Source of the DNA: Ophelia neglecta
Lineage: Eukaryota
Direction of reading: 5' to 3'
DNA length: 64,000 bases
Assembly: GCA_965285935.1 (NCBI GenBank)
Contig: OZ260665.1
Location: 67,208,001-67,272,000, forward strand
The notes beneath the pieces are model-generated. The model worked only from the letters and a program-made list of their open reading frames with translations. It was not told the origin of the DNA and made no database searches. A program made the translations under genes and the position numbers. How positions within the stretch are numbered: the first letter of the stretch is position 1; each line of letters opens with the position of its first letter. This document shows, piece by piece, positions 52,395-64,000 of the stretch.

Positions 52395-55300
52395 ATGTCT
52401 CAGCCAATTACCACCGGTAAGCAATGTGTTCTGCTTTACATACAATTACTAATGACGGTATGAATGATTTAAAAATGAGAGAGCAGCTTTTAATATTGTT
52501 ATCTCAAGGCCAATTCACTATCAAAAATATTAAGGTACTGAAAACACGGACTCGATTACGATTCACTGAAAGAAGGCCCCAACATTTCAGACTTTAGTTT
52601 TATCAGTGTCTTCTGTTGTATCTTTATTTGCCTTGCTGTAAGAATATGATGGTGCACGTCGTTTATTAATATTTACATGGTAATAACTTATTGTCAAAAT
52701 GCACGTCCAGGTAACAGAAGCAGGTTATATGACTTTCACGATTAATCTACGTGAAATTCACGTGAATTGTACGTATTCACATGAAGTCCACGTGTTATTT
52801 AGTATAATGAAGTATGTGTAGGAAGTATCTGCAAAATTAACATTAAATCCTCGTAAAAACACAAGTCTCTTGCATTCAACGTGAATAAGACGTGAACAAC
52901 TGGCAGATAGTTAATGATATATATATATATACCTATAACAAGTTACATGAATTCAACGACCAATATATGCGTATTTTACGCAAATCGTGTTTGCCGAATG
53001 AAAACGGCTACCTTGAGATATTCACCAGTTTGTGAGTACGTGGAATTTTCGGGTCGTTTACATTAATTTCAGTGTTTACACGTATTTCACGTAAATCCAT
53101 GACCTGTTAATTTCACAAAATCACCAAATCATCTACGAAATTGACATTAAAACCTTGTAAAAATTCAGGTAAATTCACGAACTCATAAACTCGTGAATGA
53201 TTCGGCACAATGTTAAAAACACATCAACAAATTTTCGTAAATAAACTAGTTCTGCTTACGAGATTACTTATTCAAAAGTGGGAATCGATAAAAAAGAGGT
53301 ACATATCACCTAAATTTTAAGCCCTATTCTACATGGGAATGAATCCAAACGGTTTGTATAAGGACTTAAGGTGCGCAAATATGGATTTTCATTCCGCAGT
53401 GAGTTACACACCGTGCTGTTTCGTTTGTATGCAATGTGGTTCGTGCGAAAATGGATCAATTAATCAATCGACGACAATATACTTGGAAGGCTTCTATGTG
53501 AATGTTTGTAGGCTGATATTGACAAACACAAACTCGGAATAATTAGCCCCGAGAGTCATGCTCGCTGTTCTATTGGCTCCCTTCGCCAACAAAGTGAGCG
53601 GTACATTGGCTGTGCTGTGAGGCTGTTACTTGCCATATATGTTAAACGAGCCCTTCCAAGTAACATATTATTTTAGGCGTGTGAAATGCACCGGTCGATC
53701 CCAATGGACGAACCACCAGGGGACCAACTATTCATTTTATGGTCCCTCTTCCCGATGTTTCACTATGCTCATGTAGTTGCATTTTTTATGTAGTCATTCT
53801 TGAAGAAGTATTCGAAATAATTCCGTTAAGAATGGGACTATCACTTTTGTCATTTAAGATTCGTCTTTTCAAAAAATTAAACGTGTCTAAAGATGTCTAA
53901 TGAGATTATAATGTTAGCTAAAATCTTTTGCTGGAAAAATCGTGATTTAGGACTGAAAGTCGAATAGAATAAGATTCCACGACCACTTCCACGCCATGTA
54001 TCTTATGTCAAAGAAACTACTACGGTGAAATTAAATAAAAACCGTAAAGGACATTCACACAATTTTGCTGAGCAGGTTAATTGCGTGTTAGTCTTTTTAA
54101 TCCGAAACTCCAGCGAAAGAATAACCGTAGTTGTCATGTCCAATTCAACAGAAAAAGCATTATATCAAAAGGCTTCTCTGATCAATACAGCTCTTATTCG
54201 TATTATAAAGTAATATGTGAGCATTTACAATGTTTGTTCTGGACAGTTCAGATTGGAAGATATCAGAGGCTTAGTATAACATAGAAAAACAACGGTTAAT
54301 CATAAAACGTCAATATGTAAATATTCTCGTTTATTATTTAGTCCTTCTGCTGTATAGACAGTTGGCCGCGACGGCATTGTGGTTCTCATATACATGTATA
54401 CCATATTATGGTGTTGTAGCCTATACACAGTTTGAAAACGAACAGTCCGAAAAACAGACATTACCAGGGTAATAACTCGTTTTTACCCCATGGCACGCGA
54501 AAATGGGAGGGAAATTAAGTAATTGCCCCTCTGATGGGGTTATTCGCCAGGGTATTTGTCGTCCATTTTAAAAATAAAGTTATATTTTCATATTGCGACA
54601 GTGTGACTTATATTGTTTTGTCTTACACCCCTTGAAAAAAATGCAATAAATATAAAACTTTACCTTTTATGTGGGATATTTTCCTATTTTAACAGCTTTT
54701 GATATTGTTTTCTCAACGTACGTTAGTTGGGGTTACGGAATAAGCTCTTCTCAAATAAACTTTCAAATCAAATGTACTGCTGCCGTGCATGCCCCAGGAT
54801 TACCGCTTGTATATCAATAAAGTGTTTTTAAAAACTGGAATAATATAATAAAACACTAGCGAAGTGTTACTGTCTTTGGAATTGTCAACAATAATAATAC
54901 GTTTAGTTGCAGGGTGATTTTCGTCAGATTCTTAATTTAACCTCTTTAGATCCTTGACGTGTTTTTAACAAATGTGAAGATCACGAGCCATACACTATAC
55001 ACACTGTCAATAAACATTTAGTCATGATGTGTAATATGGTATAGGCCTATTTATTTTAGTCAGCATAATGGAATAGAGAGCGCACGGGGGGGGGGGGGGG
55101 GTTGCCCTCCGTCATAGTAACCAATAAACAAATATGCTCAACGATATTATGGAAAATAACGTTCGCACTAGCAAAATCTGTTATGCTATTTAGTCTGAGC
55201 ATGCTAACAGATTGTTAAACGTTTAGATACCTAGAAGACTGGGAAAGGATAGCTTTTCACTGGGAAAGGATATCTTTTTATTCAAATTGGTAAGTAGCCC

Positions 55301-58300
55301 AATGTTCATTAAAAACACGTGTTTTCAACACAAGTCCAGACGACTAGCTATGGTTAATTTTGCATAATTAGGACCAATAGTCAATGTACCAGAGAATATT
55401 TAAGCAATAAAGAATGTGTATAGATAGTTAATCTCCAGCTAATCTCCAGCCAATCGCCAGCTAATCTCCATGAAGAATTCTACACTTTATGGAGTTTAAA
55501 TGCAGCCTATCTTGCCAAAGACTGTCAATTGCCCATGTGTTAATATTTCTTTAAACCATACCTGACCAAAAAATGTCAGAGAAATACTAATACATTCTGC
55601 TAAATATTCAATGTTTTGAACCAGGTCTAGATCTCTCAGATAGCTCTTTTTACTAAGCAACTTATATTGTGACGAAACAGTATCGTTCCTAACAAATAAT
55701 GAAATGTCAACGAATGACACCTAAAATGTTCATCCAAAACATCGACTAGTCCCTTCTTTCAATTACTCGGAGCTGTGCCAGTGTACGTAAACAACTTGCG
55801 TTTTTAAATTACACTTACTCTTGGTCTAGAAGTATAAACCATTTTCCACTTTTGTTAAACATGCACAGTTTCTGTTACGGATTCCATTGAGAGTATATAG
55901 ACTTAGTCCACCGGGAGTTCGTCCACTAAGAGATTACAGCATTGTCCTAGATGTATGTTGTGCTATTTGGTTCCTGGATAATTGTGTAACTTAGACCGAT
56001 TTGGCAAAACCAACAAATTAGTACTATTTGTTCAATATTAACTCAGTTCCAATAAATTAGATGGATAATGGCAAAGCCGAGATTTATACTAACTAAAGCA
56101 TTGATTGTTCTTATTCGACCGGACAAAATTATACACAATTTTATTGTCGAAATTAATATATATTATTCTTTAAATTTATTTAAATCATTTTTTTCTTTAT
56201 TATCTAGAAGCTATGAAATTATTGGCCAACTTGTGCCTTTAGCGCTTAAGTCTGATTTTTTACGTCACCAAGAATATCGTCACATAATTATAACAAGGGT
56301 TGTGGGTTGAGTCCCAGCCAAGTCAACAACCACCTTAGAAATTTCAATGCAAAAAAATTGAAATTCTGGCTTGGATTTCCGCTGTAGGTATAAAAAGGAC
56401 TCTATGGCCCCGCCTATAATAAAAAATATATTCTGCCTCGATTTCAATAAACACATAATTATAGTCAAAGTTTCAAAGTGATCATTGCCATGAAAATAGA
56501 CTTAAGTGTATTGTGTATTCAAATTAATACCAAAAAAAAAAACACATGGCAAAGAGAGCAGGACAAAAAAAGTTGTAGCCAATTATAACAACCAAGAATT
56601 TGCAAAATAAACCTGTTAATTACGTATTATCAATTATTGGACGTATGACTGCGGAGATACTTTTTTCCACCAGTCCTAGATAAAATGATGGGTTTTTTAA
56701 TATTCAAGGATGCATGTAACCAAATAAAATATTCTGCACCTCGCTTCTTGCACCTCATCGTCACCGCCTTCTTCTTCATAAACATGGAGACTGATGTCCT
56801 GTTGCTTCAAGGTGACTGCCACCTAAAATCATAAATGTATGAAATTCTTCAGACATTCTGCGATGTATTTAATGCAATGATATAGTTTGGGGCGGATTTC
56901 AAAGTTATTTGTCTCTAGCTTAAAGCAGAGGACCTCGGGAGAAATTACTACTAAAATAAACTGATTTCCCATAAATACACTCAAACATTCGGGGATTTTG
57001 GTATTCTGAACTTTGTGTAAATCTGTTCGGTGTGCTAATCATTTCCAAAGGTGGCATATTTTGTGGGGCGTACCATGCAGTCCCTTCCTGTGGGATCTCA
57101 AACAAAAATTTAAATATTGCATTTTCCCAATTTGATCGATTCGATTTATTGGGGTTAGATTTCGCAGTGAAGATTACTATTAGAACTGCCGGCATGCAAC
57201 TATGCGCGACGATGTACGGAATTAATCGAAGCCTTAAACAACGTCGAATGGGGACCACCGCTGTTTCAGCGTTAATCTGCACGACATAATGACTTTTCAA
57301 ATCTAGAGGGAGATCTTACCCCATAGTATAACCCCACAGTATGACTAACATATCATACCAGCTGCCGTTTGAATGTAGAAAACTAACGTGGCATGGAACT
57401 ATGTTCGGTTCGCTGACCGTAGCTTAAACCGGTGCTCTGCTCCCACTGGCACTCCCGGAAGCGACAAGTGCGCATATCCTGTGGCCTACTGTGAATAAGG
57501 AGTAACCAGAGAGTGTGGATTAACTCCGTTAACTGTCAATATAACATGAACAACTTCGTTATACTGCTTTTCTTGTGTTAACAGAACCGGGTAATCAAGG
57601 AATGGCTTACAACAACCCGGCCTATACCCAACAGCCCGGGGCGCAGCAAGTCCCCGCGCCCCCCATGCAGCAGCAACCACAGGGTAGGATTTTACTTATA
57701 ACAAGAGATACACAAACGTCTTCTTAACCTGAGTAGTAACCCACATTGCCCCACACTAGCTGGTTCCACATTATAAAGGGTAGAGCCACAGCTTGTACAC
57801 TGATTACACTGCAACACAGGGTAACGTCTTCCAGGCTAATCACATTTAATTTCTAACTGATCTGGGGTGGACAGTTATGGGGACAGTACATTATTTGCTC
57901 GCTCTCATGCTGATCTGTTTATCTCCCTAGCCGTACAATGGATGCAGGCGCCCGTGGTGAGTGGCTGTCCTCCGGGTTTAGAATACCTTACCCAGATTGA
58001 TCAACTGGTCGTTAAACAGCAGGTGGAACTTCTGGAAGGTGTGTATTATATAACCTGCAACGGTACAGCTTTTATACTTAAGTACAATCTTGAATTGGAT
58101 CACTTTACATACACCCACACTCTAGTAAATATACAGGATAACGACTTTAAGTTGTAACCAATGTTTGGTTTTTATTCTTCCAGTGATAACCGGCTGGGAA
58201 ACGAATAATAAATATCGGGTCTTCAACAAAGTTGGTCAGCAGATATACTTCGCAGCCGAAGGTAATTCATTTTGACTTATCTTTTTTTCTTTTTTCTTTT

Positions 58301-60291
58301 GTCAGTATTTAAATTTACTTATTGTTAAAGTTACATACTAACGTAGCTTTGTTAGGCTTAAACGAATATTCATATTTTCTTGTAGACTCGTCATGTTTCC
58401 AAAAACAGTGTTGTGGTCCTTCACGAGGGTTTACTATAAACATCACTGACAACAACAATCAGGTAGGATTTGTTATTATTAAAACACATTTCACATGTGT
58501 GGTAGCTCAAGCTTTAAAATTCGTTTTCATTAAAAACACACTCGGGCCAAATGAATAAAAAGGTCTAGCCCATTTTTCCGAGTGGAAGTAAAAACGTATA
58601 ATCCTATGCTAACAAATAACATTTTGGTATTTGGGTTAATATGTCAAAAGTTTCTAATAACCGTCTTCGAAGGCATTGTTATAAAAATAGACACAGTAAC
58701 CTGTTTTGTTCATTCTAGGAGGTAATGAAAATCACCAGAGAGTTTAAATGTTGTGCCGGATGTTGCTGGTGCGCATGCTCGGACTGCTGCGCGTTTCTTG
58801 TGACAGTGGCGGACCGAGCGGGCAATGTTCTTGGTCACGTCCGCCAAGCGTGAGTGCACAAGTTTAGTTTGATCTCCTTTCAAATAAAATTTTAAATTTT
58901 TTTTTTATTTAGATGGCCCTCTACTGTAGATTATGGTGTAAATATACCATAATTGCAAATATCGGGAATTAGACCTGCCTTTGAAAAAAATTAAATAGCA
59001 AACCGCCATATTTCCCGAGTTCCCTAGTACGCGAAAGCCACATTAACAAAACGCGGGGAAATAGTGTTTGTAAAAAAAGCTGAGGGGCCCAGATTTGTCT
59101 TAACCGGTTCAGACTTGGTGCAACATATCTTTCCTTGACGTACACCGGGTCGGAGCGCCTTGGGGCAATGTAACACCATCCCCTCCCCTCCCCTCCCCCC
59201 CCCCCCCCCCCGTGTGTCATGTAAAAATAATAAATGTGACGCGGGTATATTATTCATTTTAGTCAGAGTGGATGGAAGCCTAAATTCATAGTATTGTCCC
59301 CGGACCAGCAGCTGATCGGTAATATCGATGGACCTTGTTGTGTTTGTAGCTGTCCTTGTACTGGAGACGTCAATTTCCAAGTATGTATACATGACCTGCT
59401 ATGCAAAACACCTTAACAAACACACCCATTGCTTTTTTTAGATTGGTTATGATAATGACTAATTACCTTGCTTGTTATGACATATGCACGAAGGTTATTC
59501 AAGCTGTCCAACTAGTTCTGATGTACATCTATATCCTTAAAAATAACCCTAGATGTACCTTGCCAAGCTGCTTTCTGAATTTCCATAAAAGAAATTTCAT
59601 GCTTAACACCACATCTAGAAACTTGATATATTTGATCTACAAATCCAAACATGCCTTTTTGCTGTATAGGTAACTGCGCCGGACGGGACGACTCCGATCG
59701 GTACGATTGCCAAGCAGTGGACGGGAATGGTGAAGGAGATGTTCACGGACGCCGATACCTTCTCGGTCTCCTGTAGGTGTTAACTCCCGGCCCTGACTGT
59801 AGCTCGTACGCTGCAAACGCAGCCATAACGCCAAAAGTTATTTATATTACTTAATCCTCGCCCAGTGTTCGTTTTCATTAATAGACATGTTAGTTTAAAG
59901 TGTGCTTGCTAAGAAAAAACATGCATCGCTGATATATATATTGGCCAAAAGACTCGTGCACTTGGCAAAACAGGCTTTAACCCTTTGCTATATGTTTGTG
60001 ATCGACAATGGTGGATAATGATTATGTCTGTGTTTTTATACAGTTCCCATGGACATGGACGTAGGGCTAAAGGCGACCTTTATGGGGGCCCTCTTCTTGA
60101 TCGTTAGTATACTAATATTATTTAACTTCTCCATCCTCTGGCCTTAATTTCACTGTGAATAATTCATCCCAATTATAATATATCATAATACGTATGTCAT
60201 AACGAAACCAAACCCAAACGTATTCATATGACTGTTATTTTGTTTGCAGGACTTCATGTACTTTGAGCAAGAGAAGAATAATAATCATTGA
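52395..60291 (+). CDS. PLSCR: Phospholipid scramblase (PLSCR family), 278 aa; exons 52395-52416, 57585-57683, 57931-58038, 58184-58261, 58386-58462, 58719-58849, 59263-59380, 59670-59772, 60044-60102, 60250-60291
   Basis: Motifs CPPGLEYLTQIDQLVVKQQVELLE, GWETNNKY, QCCGPSRGF, Cys cluster KCCAGCCWCACSDCC, GTIAKQWTGM, FTDADTFSVSFPMDMDV, KATFMGALFLIDFMYFE. All junctions are GT-AG and in phase (837 nt). The first coding exon (MSQPITT) is the least certain. Confidence 0.92.
52706..53210. repeat. Degenerate element rich in TTCACGTGAA-like motifs in scramblase intron 1
   Basis: Begins TCCAGGTAACA; many CACGTG/ACGTGAA/TTCACG motifs. Confidence 0.5.
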
Positions 60292-62213
60292 TTCTGGATA
60301 TCTACTACTATTAGTCTCAGTATTAATCTATGTCTGTTATGGGGTTTTTTAAAATAAATGTGTCTTATATGGAATTATATATGAAGATACCGTACCAATG
60401 ACTAGCACTCATATCAGACATTGTCTGACTTGTCAGTCTGAAACTCGGGACATACAGGCTAAGCTCAGCCGACATTAAAACACATCGTTTTATAATGCCA
60501 GCGCATATCAATTATTAGCGGCGCTATGAAGAGCAATGCCTGATACCAGCACTCGTTTATCATCTCGTCTTGCTGCGATCAGTATTTTTCACTAGAGCCT
60601 AAATAGTTGTGTTTATGTTAATATACTGCAACAAATACATTTATTGAGTTGTTGAAATTATGGTCTGTTTTTATAAAATGTTTTTACTGCATCGTTTTCT
60701 TCTTTACTAGACTTAACTTCAGGTATTACTAGTAAAAACAAAGAATGGTCATGCTTTGTTGCTATGGGCAACAATGGTCTAACAAAGCCTCAAGCTGTGT
60801 TAGGAGGACAACCAGCCTGACCATTTACGGTGAATCTGGTATCAGGCGCAATTCTCGTTTTTGTAAATTTGAATCAAATCGCCCAATTAGCCACTGAAAT
60901 ATTAAGATTTCAAAATTATTTCGTGAATTAGGCAATTTATCTAGGTAAACATTATAAGATCTAAATTGAATGAGATTTTATCAAGATTTTCTGCCAAAGA
61001 CAGGATAGGCATACAAAAACGCTTCATGACATATAAACAACAAAGAGGCCGTCACAACTTGTACTATATATACCAGTCGCCATCGCCAGCTCTCATTATT
61101 TCCAATCTATGTTTAGTTATGTTGAAAATATTCGGGGAGCATTTGATGATGAATTACGTTTGTTTTCGATTTAAAAAAAAATCATAATCGAAAAGTTAAA
61201 GACATCCATGCATTTCAGATGTCATTAACGCCTTAATATACAAGAACAAATGGTCTCAGACGAAGTAGTACTCTGAAAGGCTATTACAACGAAGTTTATG
61301 ATTAAACAAGAAACAAGCATATCGAAATATGATTTCATCAATATCATATGCAAAAGTCGAGTCAATGGCTAGTAGAACCTGCCACTACTTAGTGCACACA
61401 CATTTTTCCTGTTACTTCTCTACACTGTGACCTTGACCCAGTGATAACAGACTGGCCATTAGCAAATCTAAAAGGTACATCACTGCAAGGCACGGCGAAA
61501 CATATACCAACACCATGTCTACGCTACTGCACTTTTCTAAAAATAAAACAGAAATGTTGTAGCAATGTAATTTTAATAAATATTGTTTATTTGTTATTAA
61601 CTATTTCGTATTTACTTATATTAGTAAATTTGGTTTTACGGCAGCACAATCTAATGTACAAAGTGTATCTAATAGGGTAGAGATATTAGCATTCGATATG
61701 TGTGATGTTGTCATATGCCCAGCAAGTAAAATAAAAATAAAATGAAGAAAACAATTCATACTTTTGACGAAATATGCGTCATAAATGATGAACGTATATT
61801 ACAAGCCCAGTTTTTTATGTATAAATAATCTTATAATTATTCAATAAGGAATATTGTCGAATAATATTCGTAACATTAAATTGCCATGCGTTCAGTATGC
61901 TTAGATATATAAATTCGACTATAACATGGTCGTACAGCTTCAGAAAATTGTGGAGTGCAATATAAACCATAAGTAACGTATATTGCATATATAGCGCGTA
62001 GCTAATGGTGATGGACTTAATAATCTTGGCTGCGGTGAGAGGTCGCGGCGTTCGTTGATAAGCCGTGTCCGTTTGCTATCCTTTAACCTAATTCGGTCAC
62101 TTGCAGTAGTCGTTATGCGCAGTCCACCGGCTGTATCGGACCTTTAATAATGATATACCAGAAGCTTCGGAAATTAAAATATTTGTAAAAGTTTCAGCGA
62201 GAGAGACAACATA

Positions 62214-64000
62214 ATGTCAGGTAATGTGTCATTGCAATGGATAAATCCATATTTTTATTGTATATTATTTTATTCTGTTCCCTTTTAACTGCGATATATT
62301 TTCGCTTGTTGCGATGTGACTATATTATACAACATGATATTTACTCATTGTAGTCCGCCTATACATATGTTTCTACCTGTTGGGGACTTTTGTTTGTTGA
62401 TTGTTTTTATGTTAAGTTCCTTATCTGCCGCTATGCACGTAGTTGGCCCTTATCACCCTTGCCCCAGATTGATTCGTTGTGGTCACTATGAACTGCTGGC
62501 AACCTCTTCGCCGCCTTTCAATGGAATAATTATTTTTTATTGTAATGTTTGCCTCAAATGCAAATAATTGTCAAAAGCCCAGTATATAAATATGGATTAA
62601 CAGGTTATTTGTAACCGAGAAAACCAGCGCGAGCATTGATCATATTATCTGTAACTTTGTTGGTTGTGTCAATGCAGTCCTTATGGAGTTATGCTTTGAT
62701 TTTCCTTTCTTAACTTGCTTTAAGATATTTTAAATCAATTATAATTATTCCCCTTTTCTTTGTGAGGGGAAACTGAGATTTCGATGGTTTTAATTAGACA
62801 CATTCTGATGTTAGTTATAAACTAACTTTAAATACTCAGCTCTTTTCCCGATCGCCCTAATTTCAATGATATAATGATAACAATAAGCCTACCCCATAAA
62901 TGACTTTATTTCCTGAGCTATAGAGTATGCATTAGCTTAATATTTTTTTTAATTTCTCTGTTTAAGTTTAAGGTCTCAAGTTTTGGCGAAATAAGGATAG
63001 AAAATAGCGGTACGAATTGTTCGCATTAGTTAGACAAGGCTCCGTGCTGTTGTTGCTAAAGTGTAGGTAATCTATCATGAGCGAAGAAGACAACATTGTG
63101 AGTTTGGAATGGTAAATTACATTGACTATCAAATACAACAAAAACAACAACGCACATAGATATCTGCATTTATAAATAACAATTAATATGAACTATTAAA
63201 CTACACATTGTATTTATTGATCACCATACCAGTTAAATTCTAACGTGTAGCTTTTTTTTCTGTTCTCAAAAACATGTCTTGCGGTAATTTAATTGCTAAG
63301 ATCTACAAACCGTCGGTAACTGCGGGAGAGCAAGGACATGTTATACGGACTAGTGGTTATTATATCATTGTTTAGGGCTTTGGGCTTTTCATATTTCTTT
63401 TTACTAATGTACGACATGAACACTTTTGTCTCTGTTTATTAACAATTAACACGGCACGCAATACATATACCAAAAACAGACAAAACAAAAATCGAATTGG
63501 AAAATACGAGGTTCATGTGACGCAGTGAGAATCAGTATGTTGCGGTTCAAAACACGGCTGAAAGGGGGATCAATAAATGATTTCATTTCCTTGGTTAACT
63601 AAGTCTATTGCCCTTTGTTCTGAAAAAAGGTATGCGGCTTTAAAAACCGGTGAAAATGATGTTACGCCTCAGTTAGCCAGACCAAATGAGACAAGCATTC
63701 CGTATATGTATATGTCTATAGATTATTATACTTTCTTATCTTACCCGTTTAGAAAGTGGTAAGGATGGAGCGTTACAACCATATTCCTATAACAATGCGG
63801 TGCACACCAGTCAGCCCGGTGCATATACCCAACAACTAGGAGCATACTCCCAACAGCCTGGAGTATACACCCAACAGCCCGGGGTATACACTCAACCGCT
63901 CGCGGTATACACCCAACAGCCCGGGTCGTACCCAGGTGATTCAAAAACAGTCCCTTTCGTCAACCAGCCGGACAGCACTTTGTACCAACCCGGCGGACAA
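62214..64000 (+). CDS. 5' part of a probable second phospholipid scramblase paralog (exons 62214-62220 and 63753->64000), running off the window
   Basis: ATG TCA G|gtaatg micro-exon joins in phase 1 to an open exon ESGKDGALQPYSYNNAVHTSQPGAYTQQLGAYSQQPGVYTQQPG.... It shares the YNNxxxTxQPG motif and the short-first-exon, phase-1 architecture with the upstream scramblase. The scramblase domain itself is not in the window. Confidence 0.6.
63803..63930 (+). repeat. Coding 21-bp tandem repeat (~6 copies) encoding a YTQQPGx heptad
   Basis: TACACCCAACAGCCCGGGGTA-like units in frame within the last exon. Confidence 0.85.

Noticed and set aside
55238-55470. Short tandem duplications (21-bp x2; CTAATCTCCAG-like x3-4)
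   Set aside because: Ordinary slippage repeats with no further structure.
61990-62075. tRNA/SINE-like A- and B-box-like stretch
   Set aside because: No cloverleaf could be folded and the boxes are poor matches.

Overview
AT-rich eukaryotic genomic DNA with spliceosomal introns, most likely from an invertebrate animal (lophotrochozoan-like repeats; taxon is my inference). I assembled five + strand intron-containing genes by hand from splice sites and frame continuity: (1) a C16orf89/UPF0764 homolog (7 coding exons, 346 aa, one GC-AG intron); (2) a dual oxidase maturation factor DUOXA (9 exons, ~532 aa, long disordered C-tail, no DUOX next to it); (3) an unnamed 153-aa secreted protein (5 exons); (4) a phospholipid scramblase (10 exons, 278 aa); (5) the 5' end of a probable second scramblase with an expanded YTQQPG heptad repeat. 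Intergenic and intronic DNA holds three minisatellites (41, 40 and 27 bp units; the long ORFs in the ORF track over them are artefacts), decayed LINE fragments and MITE-like elements. The most notable non-genic signals: (a) 27-38 bp hairpin inserts flanked by exact 7-bp target-site duplications, resembling P-element-type excision footprints; (b) heavily over-represented TAGGCCTA/TAGCCTA/TAGGCTA motifs, possibly a second footprint class; (c) a 27-bp palindromic array with p53-family site geometry and Z-DNA potential.
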